From Antedon mediterranea (Eukaryota; Animalia; Echinodermata), in the NCBI RefSeq assembly GCF_964355755.1, contig NC_092678.1:9856352-9920351 (forward strand): 64,000 nucleotides of DNA. The letters are read 5' to 3'. Within the stretch, counting starts at the first letter, position 1. The number at the start of each line of letters is the position of its first letter. Shown here piece after piece: positions 1 through 12,689 of the stretch. Below the pieces are notes generated by a model. The model did no database searches and was not told where the DNA came from. It saw only the letters and a program-made list of their open reading frames with translations. Both the position numbers and the translations under genes were made by a program.

Positions 1-3000
1 AAATCACAAAATGGTCTAAAACGTCTCAAAATGCGATTTGAAGGTATTCTGAGCACTTTGGTGTTTTTGTGTGAAAAGTTTTAACGAAATGCTCAAAATT
101 GTCTAAAACGGTTTCTAATGTGATTTTAAGCACTTTGATGTTTTTGTAAAACCAAGTTTCATCGAAATGCACAAAATGGTCTAAAACGTCTCCAAATGCG
201 ATTTAAAGCTATTCTAGACACTTTGATGTTTTGTGTGAAAAAGTTTTCTCGAAATGCTCAAAATGGTCTAAAACGTTTTCCAATTCCATATTAAGCTATT
301 TTGTGCAATTTGATGTTTTTGTGTATCCAAGTTTCATCGAAATGAACAAAATGGTCTAAAACGTTTTTAAATACGATATTAAGCTGTTTTGTGCACTTTG
401 ATGATTTGTGTGAAAAGTTTTAACGAAATGCTCAAAATAGTCTAAAACGGTTTCTAATGTGATTTTAAGCACTTTGATGTTTTTGTGTAACCAAGTTTTT
501 TCGGAAATCACAAAATGGTCTAAAACGTCTCCAAATGCGATTTGAAGCTTTTCTAAGCACTTTGGTGTTTTTATGTTAACAAGTTTTTTCGAAAATCACA
601 AAATGGTCTAAAACGTCTCAAAATGCGATTTGAAGGTAATCTGAGCACTTTGGTGTTTTTGTGTGAAAAGTTTTAACGAAATGCTCAAAATGGTCTAAAA
701 CGGTTTCTAATGTGATTTTAACCACTTTGATGTTTTTGTGTAACCAAGTTCTTTTCGAAAATCACAAAATGGTCTAAAACGTCTCCAAATGCGATTTGAA
801 GCTCTTCTGTACACTTTGATGTTTTGTGTGAAAAAGTTTTGTCGAAATGCTCAAAATGGTCTAAAACGTTTTTAAATACGAAATTAAGCTGTTTTGTGCA
901 CTTTGATGATTTGTGTGAAAAGTTTTAACGAAATGCTCAAAATAGTCTATAACGGTTTCTAATGTGATTTTAAGCACTTTGATGTTTTTGTGTAACCAAG
1001 TTTTTTCGGAAATCACAAAATGGTCTAAAACGTCTCCAAATGCGATTTGAAGCTTTTCTAAGCACTTTGGTGTTTTTATGTTAACAAGTTTTTTCGAAAA
1101 TCACAAAATTGTCTAAAACGTCTCAAAATGCGATTTGAAGGTATTCTGAGCACTTTGGTGTTTTTGTGTGAAAAAAGTTTTGTCGAAATGCTCAAAATGG
1201 TCTAAAACGTTTTTAAAACGATATTAAGCTATTTTGTGCTCTTTGATGTTTTTGTGTAACCAAGTTTTATCGAAATGAACAAAATGGTCTAAAACGTCTC
1301 CAAATGCGATTTGAAGCTTTTCCAAGCACTTTGCTGTTTTTATATTAAGTTTTTTCGAAAATCACAAAATGGTCTAAAACGTCTCTAAATGCGATTTGAA
1401 GGTATTCTGAGCAATTTGGTGTTTTTGTGTGAAAAGTTTTAACGAAATGCTCAAAATTGTCTAAAACGGTTTCTAATGTGATTTTAAGCACTTTGATGTT
1501 TTTGTAAAACCAAGTTTCATCGAAATGCACAAAATGGTCTAAAACGTCTCCAAATGCGATTTGAAGCTATTCTGTACACTTTGATGTTTTGTGTGAAAAA
1601 AGTTTTGTCGAAATGCTCAAAATGGTCTAAAACGTTTTTAAAACGATATTAAGCTATTTTGTGCTCTTTGATGTTTTTGTGTAACCAAGTTTTATCGAAA
1701 TGAACAAAATGGTCTAAAACGTCTCCAAATGCGATTTGAAGCTTTTCCAAGCACTTTGCTGTTTTTATATTAAGTTTTTTCGAAAATCACAAAATGGTCT
1801 AAAACGTCTCTAAATGCGATTTGAAGGTATTCTGAGCAATTTGGTGTTTTTGTGTGAAAAGTTTTAACGAAATGCTCAAAATTGTCTAAAACGGTTTCTA
1901 ATGTGATTTTAAGCACTTTGATGTTTTTGTAAAACCAAGTTTCATCGAAATGCACAAAATGGTCTAAAACGTCTCCAAATGCGATTTGAAGCTATTCTGT
2001 ACACTTTGATGTTTTGTGTGAAAAAAGTTTTGTCGAAATGCTCAAAATGGTCTAAAACGTTTTTAAAACGATATTAAGCTATTTTGTGCTCTTTGATGTT
2101 TTTGTGTAACCAAGTTTTATCGAAATGAACAAAATGGTCTAAAACGTCTCCAAATGCGATTTGAAGCTTTTCCAAGCACTTTGCTGTTTTTATGTTAACA
2201 GGTTTTTTCGAAAATCACAAAATGGTCTAAAACGTCTCAAAATGCGATTTGAAGGTATTCTGAGCACTTTGGTGTTTTTGTGTGAAAAGTTTTAACGAAA
2301 TGCTCAAAATTGTCTAAAACGGTTTCTAATGTGATTTTAAGCACTTTGATGTTTTTGTAAAACCAAGTTTCATCGAAATGCACAAAATGGTCTAAAATGT
2401 CTCCAAATGCGATTTGAAGCTTTTCCAAGCACTTTGCTGTTTTTATGTTAACAAGCTTTTTCGAAAATCACAAAATGGTCTAAAACGTCTCCAAATGTGA
2501 TTTGAAGATATTCTGAGCACTTTGGTGTTTTTATGTTAAAAAGTTTTTTCGAAAATCACAAAATGGTCTAAAACGTCTCCAAATGCGATTTGAAGATATT
2601 CTGAGCACTTTGGTGTTTTTATGTTAAAAAGTTTTTTCGAAAATCACAAAATGGTCTAAAACGTCTCCAAATGCGATTTGAAGCTATTCTGTACACTTTG
2701 ATGTTTTGTGTGAAAAAGTTTTGTCGAAATGCTCAAAATGGTTTAAAACGTTTTTAAAACGATATTAAGCTATTTTGTGCTCTTTGATGTTTTTGTATAA
2801 CCAAGTTTCATCGAAATGCACAAAATGGTCTAAAACGTCTCCAAATACGATTTGAAGCTTTTCCAAGCACTTTGCTGTTTTTATGTTAACAAGTTTTTTC
2901 GAAAATCACAAAATTGTCTAAAACGTCTCAAAATGCGATTTGAAGGTATTCTGAGCACTTTGGTGTTTTTGTGTGAAAAGTTTTAACGAAAAGCTCAAAA

Positions 3001-6000
3001 TGGTCTAAAACGGTTCTAATGTGATTTTAAGCACTTTGATGTTTTTGTACAACCAAGTTTCATCGAAATGCTCAAAATGGTCTAAAACGTTTTTAAAACG
3101 ATATTAAGCTATTTTGTGCTCTTTGATGTTTTTGTGTAACCAAGTTTTTTTCGAAAATCACAAAATGGTCTAAAACGTCTCCAAATGCGATTTGAAGCTT
3201 TTCTAAGCACTTTGGTGTTTTTATGTTAACAAGTTTTTTCGAAAATCGCAAAATGGTCTAAAACGTCTCAAAATGCGATTTGAAGGTATTCTGAGCACTT
3301 TGGTGTTTTTGTGTGAAAAGTTTTAACGAAATGCTCAAAATGGTCTAAAACGGTTTCTAATGTGATTTTAACCACTTTGATGTTTTTGTGTAACCAAGTT
3401 CTTTTCGAAAATCACAAAATGGTCTAAAACGTCTCAAAATGCGATTTGAAGCTTTTCTAAGCACTTTGGTGTTTTTATGTTAACAAGTTTTTTCGAAAAT
3501 CACAAAATGGTCTAAAACGTCTCAAAATGCGATTTGAAGGTATTCTGAGCACTTTGGTGTTTTTGTGTGAAAAGTTTTAACGAAATGCTCAAAATGGTCT
3601 AAAACGGTTTCTAATGTGATTTTAACCACTTTGATGTTTTTGTGTAACCAAGTTTTTTCGAAAATCACAAAATGGTCTAAAACGTCTCCAAATGCGATTT
3701 GAAGCTTTTCTAAGCACTTTGGTGTTTTTATGTTAACAAGTTTTTTCGAAAATCACAAAATGGTCTAAAACGTCTCCAAATGCGATTTGAAGCTATTCTG
3801 TACACTTTGATGTTTTGTGTGAAAAAAGTTTTGTCGAAATGCTCAAAATGGTCTAAAACGTTTTTAAAACGATATTAAGCTATTTTGTGCTCTTTGATGT
3901 TTTTGTGTAACCAAGTTTTATCGAAATGAACAAAATGTTCTAAAACGTCTCCAAATGCGATTTGAAGCTTTTCCAAGCACTTTGCTGTTTTTATGTTAAG
4001 TTTTTTCGAAAATCACAAAATGGTCTAAAACGTCTCTAAATGCGATTTGAAGGTATTCTGAGCACTTTGGTGTTTTTGTGTGAAAAGTTTTAACGAAATG
4101 CTCAAAATTGTCTAAAACGGTTTCTAATGTGATTTTAAGCACTTTGATGTTTTTGTAAAACCAAGTTTCATCGAAATGCACAAAATGGTCTAAAACGTCT
4201 CCAAATGCGATTTGAAGATATTCTGAGGACTTTGGTGTTTTTATGTTAAAAAGTTTTTTCGAAAATCACAAAATGGTCTAAAACGTCTCCAAATGCGATT
4301 TGAAGATATTCTGAGCACTTTGGTGTTTTTATGTTAAAAAGTTTTTTCGAAAATCACAAAATGGTCTAAAACGTCTCCAAATGCGATTTGAAGGTCTTCT
4401 GTACACTTTGATGTTTTGTGTGAAAAAGTTTTTTCAAAATGCTCAAAATGGTCTAAAACGTTTTTAAAACGATATTAAGCTATTTTGTGCTCTTTGATGT
4501 TTTTGTATAACCAAGTTTTTTCGAAAATCACAAAATGGTCTAAAACGTCTCCAAATGCGATTTGAAGCTTTTCCAAGCACTTTGCTGTTTTTATGTTAAC
4601 AAGTTTTTTCGAAAATCACAAAATGGTCTAAAACGTCTCAAAATACGATATTAAGCTGTTTTGTGCACTTTGATGATTTGTGTGAAAAGTTTTAACGAAA
4701 TGCTCAAAATGGTCTAAAACGGTTTCTAATGTGATTTTAAGCACTTTGATGTTTTTATGTAGCCAAGTTTTTTCGAAAATCACAAAATGGTCAAAAACGT
4801 CTCCAAATGTGATTTGAAGCTTTTCTAAGCACTTTGGTTTTTTTATGTTAACAAGTTTTTTCGAAAATCACAAAATGGTCTAAAACGTCTTCAAATGCGA
4901 TTTGAAGATATTCTGAGCACTTTGGTGTTTTTCTGTTAACAATTTTTTTCGAAAATCATAAAATGGTCTAAAACGTCTCCAAATGCGATTTGAAGCTATT
5001 CTGTACACTTTGATGTTTTGTGTGAAAAGTTTTGTCGAAATGCTCAAAATGGTCTAAAACGTTTTTAAAACGATATTAAGCTATTTTGTGCTCTTTGATG
5101 TCTTTGTGTAACCAAGTTTCATCGAAATGAACAAAATGGTCTAAAACGTCTCCAAATGCGATTTGAAGCTTTTCTAAGCACTTTGGTGTTTTTATGTTAA
5201 CAAGTTTTTTCGAAAATCACAAAATGGTCTAAAACGTCTCCAAATGCGATTTGAAGCTTTTCTAAGCACTTTGGTGTTTTTATGTTAACAAGTTTTTTCG
5301 AAAATCACAAAATGGTCTAAAACGTCTCAAAATGCGATTTGAAGGTATTCTGAGCACTTTGGTGTTTTTGTGTGAAAAGTTTTAACGAAATGCTCAAAAT
5401 GGTCTAAAACGGTTTCTAATGTCATTTTAACCACTTTGATGTTTTTGTGTAACCAAGTTCTTTTCGAAAATCACAAAATGGTCTAAAACGTCTCCAAATG
5501 CGATTTGAAGCTCTTCTGTACACTTTGATGTTTTGTGTGAAAAAGTTTTGTCGAAATGCTCAAAATGGTCTAAAACGTTTTTAAATACGATATTAAGCTG
5601 TTTTGTGCACTTTGATGATTTGTGTGAAAAGTTTTAACGAAATTCTCAAAATAGTCTATAACGGTTTCTAATGTGATTTTAAGCACTTTGATGTTTTTGT
5701 GTAATCAAGTTTTTTTGGAAATCACAAAATGGTCTAAAACGTCTCCAAATGCGATTTGAAGCTTTTCTAAGCACTTTGGTGTTTTTATGTTAACAAGTTT
5801 TTTCGAAAATCACAAAATGGTCTAAAACGTCTCAAAATGCGATTTGAAGGTATTCTGAGCACTTTGGTGTTTTTGTGTGAAAAGTTTTAACGAAATGCTC
5901 AAAATGGTCTAAAACGGTTTCTAATGTGATTTTAACCACTTTGATGTTTTTGTGTAACCAAGTTTTTTCGAAAATCACAAAATGGTCTAAAACGTCTCCA

Positions 6001-9000
6001 AATGCGATTTGAAGCTATTCTGTACACTTTGATGTTTTGTGTGAAAAAAGTTTTGTCGAAATGCTCAAAATGGTCTAAAACGTTTTTAAAACGATATTAA
6101 GCTATTTTATGCTCTTTGATGTTTTTGTGTAACCAAGTTTTTTCGAAAATCACAAAATTGTCTAAAACGTCTCCGAATGCGATTTGAAGCTCTTCTGTAC
6201 ACTTTGATGTTTTGTGTGAAAAAGTTTTCTCGAAATGCTAAAAATGGTATAAAAACGTTTTCCAATACCATATTAAGCTATTTTGTGCAATTTGATGTTT
6301 TTGTGTAACCAAGTTTTTTCGAAAATCACAAAATTGTCTAAAACGTCTCCGAATGCGATTTGAAGCTCTTCTGTACACTTTGATGTTTTGTGTGAAAAAG
6401 TTTTTTCGAAATGCTAAAAATGGTCTAAAACGTTTTCCAATACCATATTAAGCTATTTTGTGCAATTTGATGTTTTTGTGTAACAAAGTTTTTTCGAAAA
6501 TCACAAAATGGTCTAAAACGTCTCCAAATGCGATTTGAAGATATTCTGAGCACTTTGGTGTTTTTATGTTAAAAAGTTTTTTGGAAAATCACAAAATGGT
6601 CTAAAACGACTCCAAATGCGATTTGAAGCTATCCTGTACACTTTGATGTTTTGTGTGAAAAAGTTTTGTCGAAATGCTCAAAATGATCTAAAACGTTTTT
6701 AAAACGATATTAAGCTATTTTGTGCTCTTTGATGTTTTTGTGTATCCAAGTTTCATCGAAATGAACAAAATGGTCTAAAACGTCTCCAAATGCGATTTGA
6801 AAGTATTCTGAGCACTTTGGTGTTTTTGTGTGAAAAGTTTTAACGAAATGCTCAAAATGGTCTAAAACGGTTTCTAATGTGATTTTAACCACTTTGATGT
6901 TTTTGTGTAACCAAGTTCTTTTCGAAAATCACAAAATGGTCTAAAACGTCTCCAAATGCGATTTGAAGCTTTTCTAAGCACTTTGGTGTTTTTATGTTAA
7001 AAAGTTTTTTCGAAAATCACAAAATGGTCTAAAACGTCTCCAAATGCGATTTGAAGCTCTTCTTTACACTTTGATGTTTTGTGTGAAAAAGTTTTGTCGA
7101 AATGCTCAAAATGGTCTAAAACGTTTTTAAATACGATATTAAGCTGTTTTGTGCACTTTGATGATTTGTGTGAAAAGTTTTAACGAAATGTTCAAAATAG
7201 TCTAAAACGGTTTCTAATGTGATTTTAAGCACTTTGATGTTTTTGTGTAACCAAGTTTTTTCGGAAATCACAAAATGGTCTAAAACGTCTCAAAATGCGA
7301 TTTGAAGCTTTTCTAAGCACTTTGGTGTTTTTATGTTAACAAGTTTTTTCGAAAATCACAAAATGGTCTAAAATTTCTCAAAATGCGATTGAAGGTATTC
7401 TGAGCACTTTGGTGTTTTTGTGTGAAAAGTTTTAACGAAATGCTCAAAATGGTCTAAAACGGTTCTAATGTGATTTTAAGCACTTTGATGTTTTTGTATA
7501 ACCAAGTTTCATCGAAATGCTCAAAATGATGTAAAACGTTTTTAAAACGATATTAAGCTATTTTGTGCTCTTTGATGTTTTTGTGTAACCAAGTTTTTTC
7601 GAAAATCACAAAATGGTCTAAAACGTCTCCAAATGCGATTTGAAGCTTTTCTAAGCACTTTGGTGTTTTTATGTTAACAAGTTTTTTCGAAAATCACAAA
7701 ATGGTCTAAAACGTCTCAAAATGCGATTTGAAGGTATTCTGAGCACTTTGGTGTTTTTGTGTGAAAAGTTTTAACGAAATGCTCAAAATGGTCTAAAACG
7801 GTTTCTAATGTGATTTTAACCACTTTGATGTTTTTGTGTAACCAAGTTTTTTCGAAACTCACAAAATGGTCTAAAACGTCTCCAAATGCGATTTGAAGCT
7901 TTTCTAAGCACTTTGGTGTTTTTATGTTAACAAGTTTTTTCGAAAATCACAAAATGGTCTAAAACGTCTCAAATAGCGATTTGAAGCTATTCTGTACACT
8001 TTGATGTTTTGTGTGAAAAAAGTTTTGTCGAAATGCTCAAAATGGTCTAAAACGTTTTTAAAACGATATTAAGCTATTTTATGCTCTTTGATGTTTTTGT
8101 GTAACCAAGTTTTTTCGAAAATCACAAAATTGTCTAAAACGTCTCCGAATGCGATTTGAAGCTCTTCTGTACACTTTGATGTTTTGTGTGAAAAAGTTTT
8201 CTCGAAATGCTAAAAATGGTATAAAAACGTTTTCCAATACCATATTAAGCTATTTTGTGCAATTTGATGTTTTTGTGTAACCAAGTTTTTTCGAAAATCA
8301 CAAAATTGTCTAAAACGTCTCCGAATGCGATTTGAAGCTCTTCTGTACACTTTGATGTTTTGTGTGAAAAAGTTTTTTCGAAATGCTAAAAATGGTCTAA
8401 AACGTTTTCCAATACCATATTAAGCTATTTTGTGCAATTTGATGTTTTTGTGTAACAAAGTTTTTTCGAAAATCACAAAATGGTCTAAAACGTCTCCAAA
8501 TGCGATTTGAAGATATTCTGAGCACTTTGGTGTTTTTATGTTAAAAAGTTTTTTGGAAAATCACAAAATGGTCTAAAACGACTCCAAATGCGATTTGAAG
8601 CTATCCTGTACACTTTGATGTTTTGTGTGAAAAAGTTTTGTCGAAATGCTCAAAATGGTCTAAAACGTTTTTAAATACGATATTAAGCTGTTTTGTGCAC
8701 TTTGATGATTTGTGTGAAAAGTTTTAACGAAATGTTCAAAATAGTCTAAAACGGTTTCTAATGTGATTTTAAGCACTTTGATGTTTTTGTGTAACCAAGT
8801 TTTTTCGGAAATCACAAAATGGTCTAAAACGTCTCAAAATGCGATTTGAAGCTTTTCTAAGCACTTTGGTGTTTTTATGTTAACAAGTTTTTTCGAAAAT
8901 CACAAAATGGTCTAAAACGTCTCAAAATGCGATTGAAGGTATTCTGAGCACTTTGGTGTTTTTGTGTGAAAAGTTTTAACGAAATGCTCAAAATGGTCTA

Positions 9001-12000
9001 AAACGGTTCTAATGTGATTTTAAGCACTTTGATGTTTTTGTATAACCAAGTTTCATCGAAATGCTCAAAATGATGTAAAACGTTTTTAAAACGATATTAA
9101 GCTATTTTGTGCTCTTTGATGTTTTTGTGTAACCAAGTTTTTTCGAAAATCACAAAATGGTCTAAAACGTCTCCAAATGCGATTTGAAGCTTTTCTAAGC
9201 ACTTTGGTGTTTTTATGTTAACAAGTTTTTTCGAAAATCACAAAATGGTCTAAAACGTCTCAAAATGCGATTTGAAGGTATTCTGAGCACTTTGGTGTTT
9301 TTGTGTGAAAAGTTTTAACGAAATGCTCAAAATGGTCTAAAACGGTTTCTAATGTGATTTTAACCACTTTGATGTTTTTGTGTAACCAAGTTTTTTCGAA
9401 AATCACAAAATGGTCTAAAACGTCTCCAAATGCGATTTGAAGCTTTTCTAAGCACTTTGGTGTTTTTATGTTAACAAGTTTTTTCGAAAATCACAAAATG
9501 GTCTAAAACGTCTCAAATAGCGATTTGAAGCTATTCTGTACACTTTGATGTTTTGTGTGAAAAAAGTTTTGTCGAAATGCTCAAAATGGTCTAAAACGTT
9601 TTTAAAACGATATTAAGCTATTTTGTGCTCTTTGATGTTTTTGTGTAACCAAGTTTTATCGAAATGAACAAAATGGTCTAAAACGTCTCCAAATGCGATT
9701 TGAAGCTTTTCCAAGCACTTTGCTGTTTTTATGTTAACAAGTTTTTTCGAAAATCACAAAATGGTCTAAAACATCTCCAAATGCGATTTGAAGATATTCT
9801 GAGCACTTTGGTGTTTTTATGTTAAAAAGTTTTTTCGAAAATCACAAAATGGTCTAGAACGTCTCCAAATGCGATTTGAAGCTCTTCTGTACACTTTGAT
9901 GTTTTGTGTGAAAAAGTTTTGTCAAAATGCTCAAAATGGTCTAAAACGTTTTTAAAACGATATTAAGCTATTTTGTGCTCTTTGATGTTTTTGTATAACC
10001 AAGTTTTTTCGAAAATCACAAAATGGTCTAAAACGTCTCCAAATGCGATTTGAAAATATTCTGAGCACTTTGGTGTTTTTATGTTAAAAAGTTTTTTCGA
10101 AAATCACAAAATGGTCTAAAACGTCTCCAAATGCGATTTGAAGATATTCTGAGCACTTTGGTGTTTTTATGTTAAAAAGTTTTTTCGAAAATCACAAAAT
10201 GGTCTAAAACGTCTCCAAATGCGATTTGAAGCTATTCTATACACTTTGATGTTTTGTGTTAAAAAGTTTTGTCGAAATGCTCAAAATGGTTTAAAACGTT
10301 TTTAAAACGATATTAAGCTATTTTGTGCTCTTTGATGTTTTTGTGTAACCAAGTTTCATCGAAATGAACAAAATGGTCTAAAACGTCTCCAAATGCGATT
10401 TGAAGCTTTTCCAAGCACTTTGCTGTTTTTATGTTAACAAGTTTTTTCGAAAATCACAAAATTGTCTAAAACGTCTCAAAATGCGATTTGAAGGTATTCT
10501 GAGCACTTTGGTGTTTTTGTGTGAAAAGTTTTAACGAAAAGCTCAAAATGGTCTAAAACGGTTCTAATGTGATTTTAAGCACTTTGATGTTTTTGTACAA
10601 CCAAGTTTCATCGAAATGCTCAAAATGGTCTAAAACGTTTTTAAAACGATATTAAGCTATTTTGTGCTCTTTGATGTTTTTGTGTAACCAAGTTTTTTCG
10701 AAAATCACAAAATGGTCTAAAACGTCTCCAAATGCGATTTGAAGCTTTTCTAAGCACTTTGGTGTTTTTATGTTAACAAGTTTTTTCGAAAATCACAAAA
10801 TGGTCTAAAACGTCTCAAAATGCGATTTGAAGGTATTCTGAGCACTTTGGTGTTTTTGTGTGAAAAGTTTTAACGAAATGCTCAAAATGGTCTAAAACGG
10901 TTTCTAATGTGATTTTAACCACTTTGATGTTTTTGTGTAACCAAGTTTTTTCGAAAATCACAAAATGGTCTAAAACGTCTCCAAATGCGATTTGAAGCTT
11001 TTCTAAGCACTTTGGTGTTTTTATGTTAACAAGTTTTTTCGAAAATCACAAAATGGTCTAAAACGTCTCCAAATGCGATTTGAAGATATTCTGAGCACTT
11101 TGGTGTTTTTCTGTTAAAAAGTAATTTCGAAAATCACAAAATGGTCTAAAACGTCTCCAAATGCAATTTGAAGCTATTCTGTACACTTTGATGTTTTGTG
11201 TGAAAAAGTTTTGTCAAAATGCTCAAAATGGTCTAAAACGTTTTTAAAACGATATTAAGCTATTTTGTGCTCTTTGATGTTTTTGTATAACCAAGTTTTT
11301 TCGAAAATCACAAAATGGTCTAAAACGTCTCCAAATGCGATTTGAAGCTTTTCTAAACACTTTGGTGTTTTTATGTTAACAAGTTTTTTCGAAAATCACA
11401 AAATGGTCTAAAACGTCTCCAAATCCGATTTGAAGCTATTCTGTACACTTTGATGTTTTGTGTGAAAAAGTTTTGTCGAAATGCTCAAAATGGTCTAAAA
11501 CGTTTTTAAAACGATATTAAGCTATTTTGTGCTCTTTGATGTTTTTGTGTAACCAAGTTTCATCGATATGAACAAAATGGTCTAAAACGTCTCAAAATGC
11601 GATTTGAAGGTATTCTGAGCACTTTGGTGTTTTTGGGTGAAAAGTTTTAACGAAATGCTCAAAATGGTCTAAAACGGTTTCTAATGTGATTTTAAGCACT
11701 TTGAAGTATTTGTAAAAACAAGTTTCATCGAAATGCACAAAATAGTCTAAAACGTCTCCAAATGCGATTTGAAGCTTTTCTAAGCACTTTGGTGTTTTTA
11801 TGTTAACAAGTTTTTTCGAAAATCACAAAATGGTCTAAAACGTCTCCAAATGCGATTTGAAGATATTCTGAGCACTTTGCTGTTTTTATGTTAACATGTT
11901 TTTTCGAAAATCACAAAATGGTCTAAAACGTCTCAAAATGCTATTTGAAGGTATTCTGAGCACTTTGGTGTTTTTGTGTGAAAAGTTTTAACGAAATGCT

Positions 12001-12120
12001 CAAAATGGTCTAAAACGGTTCTAATGTGATTTTAAACACTTTGATGTTTTGTGTGAAAAAGTTTTGTCAAAATGCTCAAAATGGTCTAAAACGTTTTTAA
12101 AACGATATTAAGCTATTTTG
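1..12120. repeat. AT-rich tandem satellite array, left arm (~86-88 bp monomers plus a 77-78 bp variant)
   Basis: The anchor AAAATGGTCTAAAACG and its variants recur at 11, 98, 176, 263, 351, 437, 515 and 603 (spacings 87, 78, 87, 88, 86, 78, 88) and continue in one orientation up to the element junction. Confidence 0.98.
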
Positions 12121-12263
12121 ACACATGTGAGCCCGATAAACAAAAACCAAGGAAACGAGTATTGGTTGAAAAGTTATTTAATATGAATGGCAAGTCATCG
12201 TTGCAACATGCACGTAAAAGGAGAACATAAAAAAGGAACATTGGGATGCTCTGAAAGGGCCAA
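12121..12263 (-). repeat. Split direct repeat B2 (3' terminus)
   Basis: Copy of B1 at the left satellite junction. Confidence 0.95.
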
Positions 12264-12321
12264 AACACATGTCTCAAAATCGTAATTGAAAAAAAACAAA
12301 AGATAGGGAGTGGAGGGAGGG

Positions 12322-12448
12322 AAATAAAAATTATTTTACTTAGCCAAAATCTGGCGTGGTAATCTGTTGACAGCGTGAGGTGAAGAGGATGAGATGCTCA
12401 CGCTGTCAAAAGATGATTGCGAGGGCGCCCCGCAATCACGTGATTTTG
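12322..12448 (-). repeat. Split direct repeat A2
   Basis: 127-bp copy of A1 that directly abuts B1 through ATTTTG (12443-12448). Confidence 0.95.
12443..12448. other. Predicted recombination core ATTTTG at the B1/A2 (circle-junction) boundary
   Basis: The same hexamer is at the left end (12115-12120), at the right end (18969-18974) and as a single copy at the empty paralogous site (60091-60096). Confidence 0.85.
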
Positions 12449-12590
12449 ACACATGTGAGCCCGATAAACAAAAACCAAGGAAACGAGTATTGGTTGAAAA
12501 GTTATTTAATATGAATGGCAAGTCATCGTTGCAACATGCACGTAAAAGGAGAACATAAAAAGGAACATTGGGATGCTCTGAAAGGGCCAA
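12449..12590 (-). repeat. Split direct repeat B1
   Basis: ACACATGTGAGCCCGATAAAC...CTGAAAGGGCCAA matches 12121-12263 except for one homopolymer length (A5 versus A6). Confidence 0.95.
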
Positions 12591-12689
12591 CACAGGTGGC
12601 AACGAAGGGGCCAACGAAGCAGCCCAAATTAAGTGCAGGTAGAATCGATGACAAGCCATTCAGATCAAACCGAAACAATGAAGCATGAT

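Noticed and set aside
585-605. CENP-B box in the satellite (TTCG...)
   Set aside because: TTCGAAAATCACAAA lacks the required A..CGGG part of the motif.
12115-12120. ATTTTG as a classical target-site duplication
   Set aside because: The same hexamer is present at the internal B1/A2 junction, so one copy is element-derived (recombination core), and there is no DDE integrase.
12289-12321. Purine-rich tract as a polypurine tract or G-quadruplex
   Set aside because: It is purine-rich on the antisense strand, the wrong strand for a retroviral PPT, and has only three GGG runs plus one GG.
12336-12659. 107-aa minus-strand ORF
   Set aside because: It runs through the B1/A2 terminal repeats, has no recognisable motif and is probably incidental.
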